This document shows, one piece after another, positions 1-13,066 of a DNA stretch of 64,000 nt (position 1 is its first letter; the number at the start of each line of letters is the position of its first letter). A model generated the notes under the pieces. It worked only from the letters and a program-made list of their open reading frames with translations, was not told the DNA's origin and ran no database searches. Made by a program: the position numbers and the translations under genes. The DNA comes from Felis catus (lineage: Eukaryota), in the NCBI RefSeq assembly GCF_018350175.1, contig NC_058368.1, positions 229,588,001 to 229,652,000 of the forward strand, given 5' to 3'.

Positions 1-677
1 TGCATCTAAACAAAATTCTAGTAAAGCAAAGTCAAATAATACATTGTTCCTCTCCTTTATAAAGTGTGATAGCCTTAGTGTGTGTGTATGTGTGTATTCA
101 TTTTTCAATCCTTCATACTGTAACAACGTTCACATTCCTGAAACATAGATTTGATTATTGTATCTCCCTACTTAAAATGTTAACTCACACAAATGCCATC
201 AATTAATCTTAGACAACAGTGCCAAGGATATACAATGGGGAAAGCATGATGTCTTCAGTAAATGGTGTGGGGAAAACTGGACAGCCAAACGTAAAAGAAA
301 TTGAACCTTATCTTACACCATATGCAAAAATTAACAAAATGGATTAAAGGATCGAATGTAAGACCTTAACACATAAAAATCCTAGAAGAAGACATGGGAG
401 AACAACTTCTTGACATTGGACTTGGCAATGACTTTTTGGACTTGACACCAAAAGCACAGACTTCAAAAGCAAAAATAGACAACGAAAACTACATCAAACT
501 CAACAGTGTCTGCACAGTAAGGGAGATAGCCAACACAGTGTAAAGCAAACTATGGAATTAGAAAAAAAATATCCACAAAATATGTTCAATTAGGGGTTAA
601 TGTCCAAAATATATAAGGAGCTCATACAACTCAAGAGACAGAAAAAAAAAACTGATTTAAAAATGAGCAAAATTGTA

Positions 678-895
678 GGGGCGCCTGGGTGGCGCAGTCG
701 GTTAAGCGTCCGACTTCAGCCAGGTCACGATCTTGCGGTCCGTGAGTACGAGCCCCGCGTCGGGCTCTGGGCTGATGGCTCAGAGCCTGGAGCCTGTTTC
801 CGATTCTGTGTCTCCCTCTCTCTCTGCCCCTCCGCCGTTCATGCTCTGTCTCTCTCTCTGTCCCAAAAATAAATAAACGTTGAAAAAAAAAAAAA
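678..895 (+). mobile_element. Young felid CanSINE (SINEC_Fc type)
   Basis: ggggcgcctgggtggcgcagtcggttaagcgtccgacttc head, (CT)n segment, AATAAA and poly-A; TSD aaaaatgag(c/t)aaaattgt. Confidence 0.97.
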
Positions 896-1178
896 TGAGT
901 AAAATTGTGAATAGACAGTTTTACAAAAAAAAAAAAAAAGACATAAAATGGTCAACAGGTATATAAAAAGGTGCTCAGCATCACTAATCAAGAAACGCAA
1001 ATCAAAATCACAATGAGATATCATCTCACCCGATGTAGTGGTAATTATCAAAAAGCCAAAAGATAAGTATCAAGTAGGATGTGGAAAAAAGAGAACTCTT
1101 ACATACTGTTGGTGAGAATGTAAACTGGTCTAATCATCGTTAAAAACAATATGGAGTTTTCTCAAAAAATTAAAAATA

Positions 1179-1391
1179 GGGATGCCTGGTGGCTCAGTCG
1201 GTTAAGCATCTGACTTCGGCTCAGGTCATGATCTCACCGTTTGTGAGTTCAATCCCCTCGTCAGGCTTTGTGCTGACAAGTGTGAAGCCTGGAGCCTGCT
1301 TCTGATTCCGTGTCTCCCTCTCCTTCTGCCCCTCCGCTGCTCACATTCTGTCTTTCTCTCTCTCAAAAACAGAGATAAAAAAATAGAAAAA
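1179..1391 (+). mobile_element. CanSINE
   Basis: gggatgcctggtggctcagtcggttaagcatctgacttcggctcaggtcatgatctc head, CT-rich segment, A-rich tail; short TSD taaaaatag. Confidence 0.95.
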
Positions 1392-3802
1392 TAAAAATAG
1401 AACTACCATATGATCCAGCAATCCCACTTCTGGGTATATATTCAAAGGAAATGAAGAGACCTGCACCTCCAACTTCCCAGCATTATTATTCGTGGTAGCC
1501 AAGACATAGAAACCATTTGATTGCCCATCAAAGATAAATGGATAAAGAATTTCCACTTATATGTGGAATCTAAATCAACAGATCAATCAACAAGTTGAGC
1601 TCATACTGACAGAAAACAGATAGAATGGTAGTTACCAAGGGCTGGAGTTTAGGGAAATGGGGAGATATTGATCAAAGTATACAAACTTTCAGTTATAAGA
1701 TGAATAAGTTCAGGAAACCTAATGTTCAGTGTGGTGACTGTAGCTAATAATACTGTATTGTATCCCTGATATTTGCTGAAAGGATAGATCTCATGGGTTC
1801 TCATCACACACATACAAAAGGTAACTATGTGAGGTGATGAGTGTGTTAATTAGCTTGACTGTAGTAATCATTTCACAAGGTATATCAAAATATACTGTAC
1901 GACCTAAATATATACAAATTTTGTTAATTACAAGTTTTTGTTATAATTTTTGGAGGGTTATGAGGTGGAGGGCAAAGGATACCTGCAGGCACCACAATAG
2001 AGAAGAGATCAACCACACCCCCTCCCAGGGCCGGGGTCCACAGTCAGGTGGCTAGACCTGGCAAAAATATACAAAAATGTGGAATCAAGTTTGTAATTGT
2101 TAACATCTTGGAATGTACATTCTAAGTATGACATGTGACTGCATTTGCAGTTAAAGTGACCATTGGGCTTTTCATTACCAAAGAAGGAACAGGCAAGTGA
2201 GGGTGCCAACATGCGTTTTCATTCTTGGGAAGGGGAAGATTTCATGGCTAAATTTAAAAAATATGTAAAGGTTCGCTTTGATGGCATCTCTTATCATGAT
2301 TGTTCAATACGCTACTTACATTCATATCATGAGCCCCCTTGTGCCTAACAGCAGCCACACTGTGGTCCTCTCTTCTCAGTTTGTAGCCAGGCCCAAATTC
2401 GCTGCCTTTAGGAGCCACACACTCAGATACTAGGCCCTGGAAGAGGTGAACTGTATGAACCCTTCTAGACTGTAAAGGCACAAAAATGCAGCTTTGTATT
2501 TCTTATCTGCCTCCCAAGGGCTACCTGCAAAATCCAAGGTTTTTGAAGTGGTACTATTTACTACTTCCTTCTCCTCTATCTCAGTAAAAAGCTTTTATTT
2601 TGGAACAACTCAAAAGGGAAAAGTAACAGACCCGCAATCTAAAGATACAGTTTTAAAAGTCCTATTGTAAATGACACCAGACTCAGTCACTATACCGCTC
2701 TATGGCATGAGGAAAGAAACGTTCAATTTAGAGAGGAAGGAAATAGAGGAAGGAAACAAGAGACCCTTACAACTTTTCAGAGGACCTGATTCCATCAGAG
2801 ACAATGAGCATTCATGGGCAGGATTACCAGCTGCCAGGGGGAAGGGCCCACCTGAACTGCTCCCTCTCTAATGTCTTCATGTGACACTTTGTGGAAAAGT
2901 TATCAGTGCTTATCTGATAGAGTCTCCTTAATCATTGAAATGCAATTCCCTGCAAAGGCTCATCTCTCTTTCCTTTCATACACGCTGGCCCTCTGCCCAA
3001 CCTGCCTCTTAAAATTCTGTGAATGTTGATTTGCATTATATGTATAAAATCCCAAGAAAAAAATTATGCTTGAGCTAAAATGCTCATGTAATCGGAAATA
3101 AAATCCAATACATAATTCTAAGAGGAAATGTATGTCAGAATTTCTGGCATGTATTTGTGGATATAACACCAGTTTCCCATACTTCCTTTTAATAGACAAC
3201 CATCCCCAACTCTACCTCCCACCTCCTGCATGCACTCACTCATAAGCACGAACACACACACACAGACACACACAAATGTATACACACGTGCACACAAAAC
3301 GTGTTTGGATTATACCTAGGGACTAAAAGCACTAAAGATTACATAACATATGCCTGGTAACTTACTATTGATCGTCCATTTCTGGATTGTACGTGGGCAA
3401 ATCACAAGGCTCTCCATAACCCATGGAGGACACTCATGGGTCATTAAGAAGTACATGCATTTTTTTTAACAATCATAATTGCAAGTCATTTATATAGACA
3501 CCTCCATTTAAAATTTTGCTTCTATTTCTTGCATATTTTTTTAAAAAACACTTACCATCTCCTTGAAAATAACCAACTAGATGTATATTTGAAAAGAAAG
3601 AGACTATTAACCACTTTTCTGAGAATAAGAGGCCAGCTGTATTTTTTGGTTGCAGAACCAAATGAGTAGTTTCTTGTGGATTCAAACCATCCCTCCAGCA
3701 CCAGAGACTGGAGGTAAGAGTTTTTTAAATTCATTCGACCATAAAATGCACAGAATCTTTACCACTGAGAAGGTTAATGCAGACCAATCTTCCCACTTTA
3801 AG

Positions 3803-3840
<38 letters not shown>

Positions 3841-4478
3841 TGAAATTCAGAGCCTGTGGTTACGCAGTTCAAATGAAATTGAATCTAGGATACCTGGCTC
3901 TCTTTTCCAAAAGTAGTCAACAATATTCTTACAAGATTAGATACACATTGAGACTGATTCATACACATTGCTATGCTCTGCATAATTATTAAATTACTTT
4001 ATGAAGGTGTTTTTGATGTATATATACTTTGAGCCTGTGAATCCAGGAACTGAAGTGTTGAAACAATAGTTTTCGACAAGTATGATCAGATATTTCCTCT
4101 ACAATCTGCTACCAACATGGCAGCTCGGGATTTACAAGGTTTGTATCTTTTTTCCAACTTACTGAAATTTACTCAATTGAATATGGATAGTGAAACATCA
4201 AGCAGGCTTTTAAAACCAAGACATCTTTTCTCAGAATTTTTAAATTTTCTATCTTCAAAGCAAAAGTGCTTTCATTGTTATAATGTGAAATGTCCTAGTT
4301 ATATAAATACGTTACTAAAATAATTTTATCCATACGGAGTCACTTAGAAAATAAATTATGATTAAAAGTCAGGTGAATTGTTTGCACTGGGGGTAGATAG
4401 AAAAATGTTCGTTGTGGCTTTGTAATAATTACAAAGGAAATAAATGCAAGTTAAAAACAAAACAAAACTAAGTGCACC

Positions 4479-4667
4479 GGGGTGCCTGAGTGGCTCAGTC
4501 GGTTGAGCACCCGACTTTAGCTCAGGTCGTGATCTCACGGTTTGTGAGTTCCAGCCCCCAATCAGGCTCTCTGCTGTCAGCACAGAGCATGCTTGGGATC
4601 CTCTGCCCCCCTTTCTCTGCCCCTTCCACACTCGGCTCTGTCTCTTAAAAATAAATAAGCCTTAAGG
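4479..4667 (+). mobile_element. CanSINE
   Basis: ggggtgcctgagtggctcagtcggttgagc head; TSD aaactaag(t/c)gcac. Confidence 0.95.
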
Positions 4668-4833
4668 AACAAACTAAGCGCACTCAAAAGAAGCACTAAA
4701 CCAAAAATTAATTATCAATGTAGAGAATAGGTATATGGATAGAGACAAGTGTTCCACATGTGTTTGATCAATTACCTACTGGCTTATAGAGACTTGTGCA
4801 AACTTTTAATGGGGAAGGAGTTGAAAAGGATAT

Positions 4834-5314
4834 TGTGCTAGTTTCCTATATATTTTGTAACAGATTACCACCAATTTGGTGGCTCCAAACAGAATAAATT
4901 TATTCTCTTACAATTCTCCAGGCCAGAAGTCTGAAATCACTTTCACTGAGGTAAAGTGAGGCTCTCAACAAGCCTGGTATTGTTTAGAGGCTCTAGAGGT
5001 GAAGCTGTCCCTTGTCTCTTCCATTTCTAGGGGTTGCCCATGTTCCTTGACTCCTGGCTTCATGATGACAATCTCCATTGTCATAGTCACACTGTCTTCT
5101 CCTCCACTGTTTCCAGGCAGGCCTCCCTCTGGCTCTCTCTTTTAAAGACACTTGGAGTTGCATTTTAGAGTCTGATCAGATAAGCCAGGATAACCATCCC
5201 ATCTCAAGGTACTCAATCTCATCTACAAAATCCCTTTTGTCACATGAAGTAATACTTCTAGGTTCCAGAGATTAGGATGTGGATGTCTTTGGGGTTATTA
5301 TTTCATCTACCACA
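4834..5314 (-). mobile_element. MaLR solo LTR (MLT1C/D-like)
   Basis: aaatttattctcttacaattctccaggccagaagtctgaaatc ... gattaggatgtggatgtctttggggttattatttcatctaccaca is the reverse complement of the MLT1 consensus. Confidence 0.85.
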
Positions 5315-7725
5315 GAAATGCTGGGGTTATTCCCAATGAACAGTTTAGAAAATGCAGTTAGAATTCCCTAAAATTACTAAACTAGTAGGGAGTTGAAGTT
5401 TTTCTGTCCTCATGAGTCCTCAATAGCGTGGGTAATGTTGGGAAATGTTTCCTCAAGTTTACATCAATGATTTATTGAACCTGTACCATCACTAGAAACA
5501 ATTTTTGTCTAGAAAATAGTAGATTATTTATCTGTGAATCTTTTCCTAGGCAAGCCCTTGGGAGGGACTTTTAAACTACATTAAGAGGATGCTAATAACA
5601 TTGATCTTTGAAGCTATTCATTAGTGAACTCATTATTGGCATGTAACCATTCCCTTATTGAAATGATAAGCCCTAAATGCTGGGCAAAAGTAACCATATG
5701 ATAACAAAGACTGAGAGATTAACTCAGCTTTTGGATAAATAGATCAATGGCAGAAGTCTGATTACTCAGTTGTTTTTTTTTTTTTTTTTTAATTAAAACG
5801 TCAACTAATTATGACACTTGATTGTATGGATGGGTGAAAAATAAAGATGCTTATTTCATATGCTTATGGCCTTTAAAGTGAAGTATTTAAATAGAAAATT
5901 ATTAGCAAATTAAGATTTTCATGACTACAAATGATTATTCCAAGAAAACAACAACTTTTATATCAATAGTATTTATTTTGCCTAATTTTGCTAAAATTCT
6001 TACTTTCTCACAGAGGCACAGCTTCAAGCAAGACAGTGGGCTTTTCCCCAGATAGATAAGGGTTCGTTCACATACAGATAAAGATCCTGCATAAGTACTT
6101 TTCAACGCTATCTGTGAGGGGTCCCATCGTACACCCACAAAATAGCTGTGTGGGGGGTGGTTCTGAGGACCTGCTCAACTAAACACTCACCTTTGATGAC
6201 TCTAGCAGCCAAAACCCCAAAGGATGCCTTTTACCATGGGGATGGTGGACAACTCTCTACTGATTAATCAGAGTGACATATTTCTCATATTTCCCTGATG
6301 CTATGTTAATTTCTGAGGTGAGTCCCTCCAAAGTGTTCAGGTAAATCATTTCTATGCCTTTACTATGAAATATGTGCCTCTGTCAACACTAATAAAACAA
6401 AAATATCTTTCAATTACATCATCAAAGATAAACGCTCAGATCCCTTGAAAGTTAAAAAAAAATAAGGGTAATATAAATAGTTTCCACAATTAACATTTTC
6501 TCTAAGCACACCACTTTATTAAATCTTATAGGTGAGGCATTAATTTAGAGACAAACTCTGGTAATCCAGATGTCTACATCTGTATTGTTAAATGTTCAGT
6601 TTTAAGTAATTGCAAATAACCAGAAAGTTCCAAATTACAACAGAATAATGTGAAATTCATATCATAGCCAAGGTATCACTGGTCATAGGGCTCCAAATAA
6701 CTATTATCAAAAAAAAATTAGTAATATGACTGGCTGTGCTTCAAAAGATCCCATTGCCTCCAGTTTAACAAATGAAATGTCGAATAATCTTGAAATAAAA
6801 TGTACATGTCAGAAATAATTATAAACTACTAAAGTGTTATAAGTAGATTTGCATCCCACTGACGGTTTTCCCCTAGTGAATCGCCCCCAAGAACAATTAA
6901 ATTCCACACTTTAATAAAGTTTGATTTCTTGCACCTTAATTTAGGAAAAGGAAAATAGGCATTTTTTCTCAATATCAAAAATTTCAAAATAAAGATGAAT
7001 TATATGTGTTTGCTTTTTACTTCCTCTACTTACACTGATGAACATTGCATATATATGTGAAAACATACCCTGATCTAATTTCTGTCCCAAAGTGGCTAGT
7101 ATAACCTTCCTTTTATCCTACAGAAATTAGGGTTCCCTTGGTTCTTGAGAGCATTAAATTAATTGTTGGTAAAGTACTTAGAAGATAAAAAGCCCATAAG
7201 TGCTAACTATTAATTAGTATTTCTATTATAGGTATGACCTTGAAAGATGAAAACTGTAGTTCACACAATTAAATATTAGCTATACTTAGCAGCTATAAAT
7301 ACATCTCAGTGAAGAATCAGATTTTAGATTGAACAAAGATAAAATATGTTATCTAAATACATTCCATATTCAGCTTGAGAAAAAGCAAACTATCCTATAT
7401 GTATGATACACATATAATATCATACACATACATACACACACAGAATTTCAGCCATGATAGTTAATATTCTAAAGACCTGATCTAAAGACAGAGCTATACC
7501 TAATCAACTTGTAATGAAAATGGGAAAAAAGATATAACTTGCCACAAAACAACTATTCATTCACAGAGTCTTCTCTACAAAGGTATTATTTCATAATTTT
7601 CCACAACAACCTCAAGTTGTATTTGATCCCTATCTTACCGGGTGGGAGAAACATAATTTTAGTCAATTTATATTCTTCCCATCTGGTTGAAGTTCTGGGA
7701 TACATAACAACTGTGAAGCAGAATG

Positions 7726-7726
<1 letters not shown>

Positions 7727-7768
<42 letters not shown>
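7727..7768. repeat. (TG)n microsatellite
   Basis: Perfect TG run of about 21 units followed by cgcccgcgcgcac. Confidence 0.98.
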
Positions 7769-7771
<3 letters not shown>

Positions 7772-8074
7772 CCGCGCGCACTATGTTTTTCTGTTCCTAA
7801 CCCTTCAACACTGGCACCATTGTTATCATTTGATCTCTACAGGCTTCTTTCGAACTTGCTTATTGCCACTGCATGTTTCTTATTCTTGACAAGAGAACAC
7901 AGAGCTTGTCTTCTCTGGGAATCACCAACACCTTTTTTATCCAACTACTATTTCAAACAGTCACGTGAGACTTTTGCTCTGAGAAAATTAAGAAACATTA
8001 AAAAACAGCAAAAAAGTAGTAAAAACTCCTAAATACCAACAATCCCAAATTTATATTTGTTCACATTTTGCTTT

Positions 8075-8287
8075 GTTATTTTTTCAATTTTCTAATGTTT
8101 ATTTTTTGGAGAGAGACAGAGAGAGAGAGGAAGGAGCAGAGAGAGAGGGAGACACAAAATCCAAAGTAGGCTCCAGACTCTGAGCTGTCAGCGCAGAGCC
8201 CTACGCAGGGCTCGAACTCACAAGCTGTGAGATCAGGACCTGAGCCCAAAGTCAGACACTTAACCAACTGAGCCACCTAGGTGCCCC
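8075..8287 (-). mobile_element. CanSINE
   Basis: Reverse-oriented T-rich tail, (GA)n, ...cttaaccaactgagccacctaggtgcccc. Confidence 0.95.
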
Positions 8288-8889
8288 TGTTATATTATCT
8301 TTTTTTTTTAAATAAAAACACCTCTTTACATTTTTTATAGAAAACATTAAAGTTGAAATCATTTTATCCCCACTCGCCAATTTCATTTTGCTCCCCACTT
8401 TGCAGACACAAACTTTGCAGTTCAAGTTTATATGCTTACACACAGAGGAACATAAAAATTAAAGAAATGTTTATTATTGCTTTTATTTTTACACTATATA
8501 AACGCTATCTGCTCTTTGCATCATTCTGCAAATCACCTGTTTTTACCAAAGACGTGTCCTGGATTATATATAGATTCATTCATGTTAACGGCCATGCAAT
8601 CTTCCCTCATATTAATATAGCACCATTTACATATCTGTATCCTTTTCCATATTAACGGCCATTTAGCCATTTCTCATTTCTGTTGTTATCACAGTTTTAT
8701 AATAAATGCCACACACAGAAGTTCTATCTTGTTTATCTCAAATATATCAAGCTTTTCCTTTAAAGTTTATGCTTCCTATGCTGTGTTTAGGTATATACAC
8801 ACATGGATTTTTTTTCTATAGTTTATTTTAGTTGATGCATTTGTCCTCATCTTTTTTGACTTTATTCTATTTTGCCAGTACAGCTGTTC

Positions 8890-9106
8890 TTTTATTTTTA
8901 CTTTCTTTTCATTTATTTCTTTATTCCAGAGGCAGAGTGTGTGCATGAACAGGGAGAGGAACAGAGGGAGAGAGAGAGAATCTTAAGCAGGCTCCCCCCT
9001 CAGTGCAAAGCCCTACATGGGGCTTGATCCCATGACCCTGGGATCATAACCTGAGCCAAAATCAAGAGTCAGACACTAAACGGAGGGAGCCATCCAGAGG
9101 CCTCCC
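8890..9106 (-). mobile_element. Older CanSINE
   Basis: gagagaatcttaagcaggctcc...gggatcataacctgagccaaaatcaagagtcagacac...gagccatccagagg. Confidence 0.9.
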
Positions 9107-9314
9107 TAGAGATTTTCAGTATGCCTTGAAATCTGAAATGACAAGTTCCATACCCCCAAGATACCTATATGCCTGATGATTTCCAACAAATCTTAGAATT
9201 CATTGTTGAAGTCCCACAAAATATTCTATTGTGATTTGCCTAAAACTTCATTTAATTTATAGACTCGTCTAGAAAAAATTTACATCCTTAAAATTGCACA
9301 TCTTTCCACCTTCT

Positions 9315-9338
9315 TTTTTTTAAGTTTATATTATTTAT

Positions 9339-9381
<43 letters not shown>

Positions 9382-9507
9382 CCCAAGCAGGCTCCAAGAT
9401 CTCCCCAGAGAGCCTGACATGGGACTTGATCTCACGAACCATGAGATCATGACCTAAGCAGAAATCAACAGTCAGAGGCTCAACTAACTGGGGCACCCAG
9501 GCACCCC
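9315..9507 (-). mobile_element. CanSINE (first of a tandem pair) with expanded (GA)n
   Basis: T tail, (GA)n, aatcccaagcaggctcc...cacccaggcacccc. Confidence 0.93.
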
Positions 9508-9513
9508 TCCACC

Positions 9514-9538
9514 TTTTTTTTTTACTGTTTATTTGCTT

Positions 9539-9591
<53 letters not shown>

Positions 9592-9756
9592 AAGCAGGGA
9601 AGGGGCAGAAATAGAGAGAGACCCAGAATCCAAAGCAGACCCCAGGCTCTGAGCTGTCAGCACAGAGCCCGATGTGGAGCTCAAAGTCACAAACCATGAG
9701 ATCATGACCTGAGCCAAAGTTGGACACAACTGACTGAGCCACCGAGGAGCCCCCCC
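9514..9756 (-). mobile_element. CanSINE (second of a tandem pair) with expanded (GA)n
   Basis: T tail, (GA)n, ggctctgagctgtcagcacagagcccgatg...ctgagccaccgaggagcccc. Confidence 0.93.
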
Positions 9757-12034
9757 TTTTTTCCCTCCACCTTCTTTAAAAACCTTGAGTAACGATACAT
9801 TTTCAGCATAAAGCACATCCACATATGTTTTACACATATTTTGAGAGACCAGGTAGCTTTAACAAAAGAAAAATATTACTGCATTTTCTAACTGGTTATT
9901 TCTGGGATACAAACATTAATGAATTTTGTTTGCTATCCTGTTTCAATATACTCTTTGAAGTTTCTTATTGTTAGTATTTTGTAGAATTTCTTTATTTTTA
10001 TGATTTTCTTGATTTAACATCACTTATAATTTCATTTTAATATTTAACTGACTTTATTATATTGTCTAATAACTTATATCTTCTTCTGACCATATTATGT
10101 TGCCTAATATCTCCAATAATGTTACATAATAGTTTAAAGTGTAATAATGTTACATTAAAATATTATTAAGATATAATCATAACAATATACATTAGGTGAG
10201 ATTTCCTGTTGCTGACCCTAATGAGAAATGTTTGTATTTTTCTGTATAGTTATTAAAAATTCTTTTATGCAAATAAATTAATTCATGCAGACATAATTTT
10301 ATCCTGTAGGATACTATCATCCTGAGGCCATTTTGCCAAGGAGCCCCAGGCTCACCATTATACCTTTCTACCTTAGTGTTTGTATTTTAAGTTATTTATT
10401 TTGGAGCCGTAGTCCCCTTGCTTATGAGATTCTTAGGGATGGTGAGAAAGAGAGGGGACATGGGGCACCATGGTTCAGTGGTGTGTCGCTCCTGCAAAGT
10501 CGGGACTGAGCTGGAGAGGAAGAAAAAAAATTTTTTTGAAAATTATTAGAATTATTTCCTTTTTTAAATATCGTATGTTCACGTGACTGCAATGAGCAGC
10601 TTGTATTATCATCTTAAGTAACAAACTGTTAATCAGAAATTCTAAATACTTTACAGTTTTGCATTCATTTTACCAATATTATCTAAAGTTAAACGTTAAT
10701 CCTACTCAAAATGCATGTCAATATCCATTTAATACATTTCACTGACATAGCTCAATTGTACCTTTTCCCGAAATTGTCGTGCCATAGACTTTTTTTCCAG
10801 ATCATGTGAGATTTAATGAGCAAACAAATATCCTTCCTGTCTAATATTCTGTGCTAAAATGAGATGTTTTCTCAGATTACCTACTTATAGAACTACAGTG
10901 ATAATGAATAGATAAAAAGAGCCTTTTGAGTCTTAAAAACTTATGCTATCAAACCTCTCAACTCAATGTTGAGAATGCTTCAAGAATGGAAATGAGATAC
11001 CTTTTGAATTCTGATTATTCTTTCCATAAATACGTAAGCAAGTTTATTAAAATGTATTCCCATGGAATTGCATTTTTAAAACACCATGTGTAAGGAGTTC
11101 ATAAAAGTGACACACATTTCAATGTCGAACAATGAATGACTAGCCAAGATGTATTTTATTTTGTTATAAAACATCAGTGTCTTAAATATGTTAAATTGTT
11201 TTTGAGAGGCTTCAGTGGTCTTAAGAATATCACCTGCCATTCTAAACCAATCGATATCTAGGGAATAAAATTCTATTCATAATTCTCTTTTGAATATAAC
11301 CATGAAGATATTGACCAAAATAAGATTTCTATGTAAGTAAATTTAGACTGCAATTCACTTCCAAGATGTTTAAATAGTGGCATTAAAATGGAAATGAATG
11401 CTATGCTAAAAATGGGTTTTCTGCTCCTACATGTGAAGCAATGGTTAAATTAATTGTCAAGATAAGTTATGCAATTATCTGAATTTATAATATGTAGCAA
11501 AAAATCTGTTTTATTTAACTAGTGCCTACACAACAAAGTTCAAATTCCATTGGTCTGTCCAAATCTGTTTTTTCATCTTTATATGCTTTTCCCTTTTATA
11601 TATTTTCAAACCTATATTCAATTAAAATAGTAATCATCCTAAAACAAGTCCCTAGAACTTCCTGCCTTTGTTTATTTACTCCCAGCCTTCACTCTACCAA
11701 AAACACTCTTCTCTTTCCCAATATTGACAGGCTGTACTGAAAGGCTGTACCATCGTCTGAAAACCCATTGCATTCATGAATACTTAGAAGCCACCTTTAA
11801 CCGAATTCCATACTTGTCAACTATTTAAGGTAAGATTATAGTAAATAGCAGATATATTGTTAATGTTCTAGTAATGTCAATTAAGAGCTTCCCCCACCCA
11901 ACCCCAAGATACTCAGGCTTATTTCACCCCCATCATTAGACCCAGTCCTCACTCTGTGCAGCCTCCCTGGATTCTCACAGGCTCCCAGGAGATCCATCGT
12001 CCTCCCTGACAAGTCCCAAGGGCCCCAGATCCAG

Positions 12035-12740
12035 ACATCTGCCTGGTTGTTGTAAAGTTCTTCGTTAATGTTCCCTGGGGTAACACAAACATAACAACCC
12101 TAATTCTGAGTTTACCACCCTCCTCTCGGATAATTACCGCTGCTGGTGGTACCACTGTTTTGGTAACCAAGACCAAAAACTTGGAAATCATTTTGAAGTC
12201 TTCATCTTTGTAACCTTCTTTATTCACTTAACCATGAAAACCTCTGGATTTTCTTTCTTGTCTAATTATCTCATACCTCTATACGCATATTTTTTTCTTT
12301 TTTAAATTTTTTAATGTTTTATTTATTTTTGAAAGAGAGAGGCAGAGTATGAGCAGGGGAGGGGCAGAGAGAGAGGGAGACACAGAATCCGAAGGAGGCT
12401 CCAGGCTCCGAGCTGTCAGCGCAGAGCTCGATGTGGGGCTCGAACTCATGAGCCACGAGATCATGACCTGAACTGAAATCAGACCTTCAACCGACTGAGC
12501 CACCCAGGCGCCCCTATATGCATATTTTTCATCATCACCACAGCCACTGGCGAGCTCAGGACCTCAGTGTGTGTTTTAGCTGACCAGGGAAGCATCTTAC
12601 CTTTGTTTACATCTTCTCAACGCTCTACTCCTCCTGCAAACTGCTTTCACTTTGGTCCTTGTCCTAGATGCCAATCTGTCACTTAGACCTGCTTCAAACT
12701 ATCCTTTCACTCTCTACTGTCCTCAGAAAATGCAACCCTC
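12035..12740 (+). mobile_element. L2 relic, interrupted by a CanSINE
   Basis: ggtaccactgttttggtaaccaagaccaaaaacttggaaatcattttgaagtcttc resembles the L2 motif ggcaccaccatccacccagttgctcaagccagaaacctgggagtcatccttgactcctc. Confidence 0.55.
12291..12514 (-). mobile_element. CanSINE
   Basis: Full-length reverse copy ending gagccacccaggcgcccc; TSD ctata(c/t)gcatattttt. Confidence 0.97.
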
Positions 12741-12848
12741 TATTACGAATAACAAGCTGACTTATTGCTTTTACTAAGTACTTTCTCAAACACACTCACA
12801 GGTAAACATTAATTTTCTCCACATTTTTAAAAAATATCCTTCAATAAT

Positions 12849-13066
12849 GGAGCGCCTGGGTGGCTCAGTCAGCTGAGCTTCCGACTTCGGCTCAGGTCAT
12901 GATCTCATGGTCTGTGAGTTCGAGCCCCGCATGGGGCTCTGTGCTGACAGCTCAGAGCCTGGAGCCTGCTTCAGATTCTGTATCTCCCTCTCTCTCTCTG
13001 ACTCTCCACTGTTCATGCTCTGTCTCTTTCTGTCTCAAAAATAAATAAACGTTAAAAAAAATTTTA
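12849..13066 (+). mobile_element. CanSINE
   Basis: ggagcgcctgggtggctcagtc head, CT segment, aataaataaacgttaaaaaaa tail; TSD core atatccttca. Confidence 0.96.

Larger units (their letters stand above)
190..1925 (+). mobile_element. Old LINE-1 fragment (ORF2 3' end plus L1MA-type 3' UTR), interrupted by two CanSINEs
   Basis: gacaacagtgccaaggatatacaatggggaaag...aaatggtgtggggaaaactgg matches the degenerate L1 ORF2 C-terminus; gatccagcaatcccacttctgggtatata and acaaactttcagttataagatgaataagttc...ggtaactatgtgaggtgatg match an L1MA8/9-like 3' UTR. Confidence 0.9.
8400..10250 (-). mobile_element. Highly degraded ancient LINE-1 remnants, interrupted by SINEs
   Basis: cttcatttaatttatagactcgtctagaaaaaatttacatcctt and tttctaactggttatttctggga resemble antisense L1 ORF2; boundaries approximate. 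Confidence 0.55.

Noticed and set aside
3556..3618. 63-bp minus-strand exon candidate (ctcag|...ATG|gtaagt)
   Set aside because: It has a stop in phase 0, so it cannot join the 2320-2469 candidate in frame; peptide unrecognised; compatible with chance.
3806..3836. Isolated poly-A run as a processed-pseudogene tail
   Set aside because: No upstream polyadenylation signal, recognisable mRNA or TSD.
10462..10510. tRNA-like A-box tggttcagtgg
   Set aside because: No B-box or cloverleaf; similarity too short.
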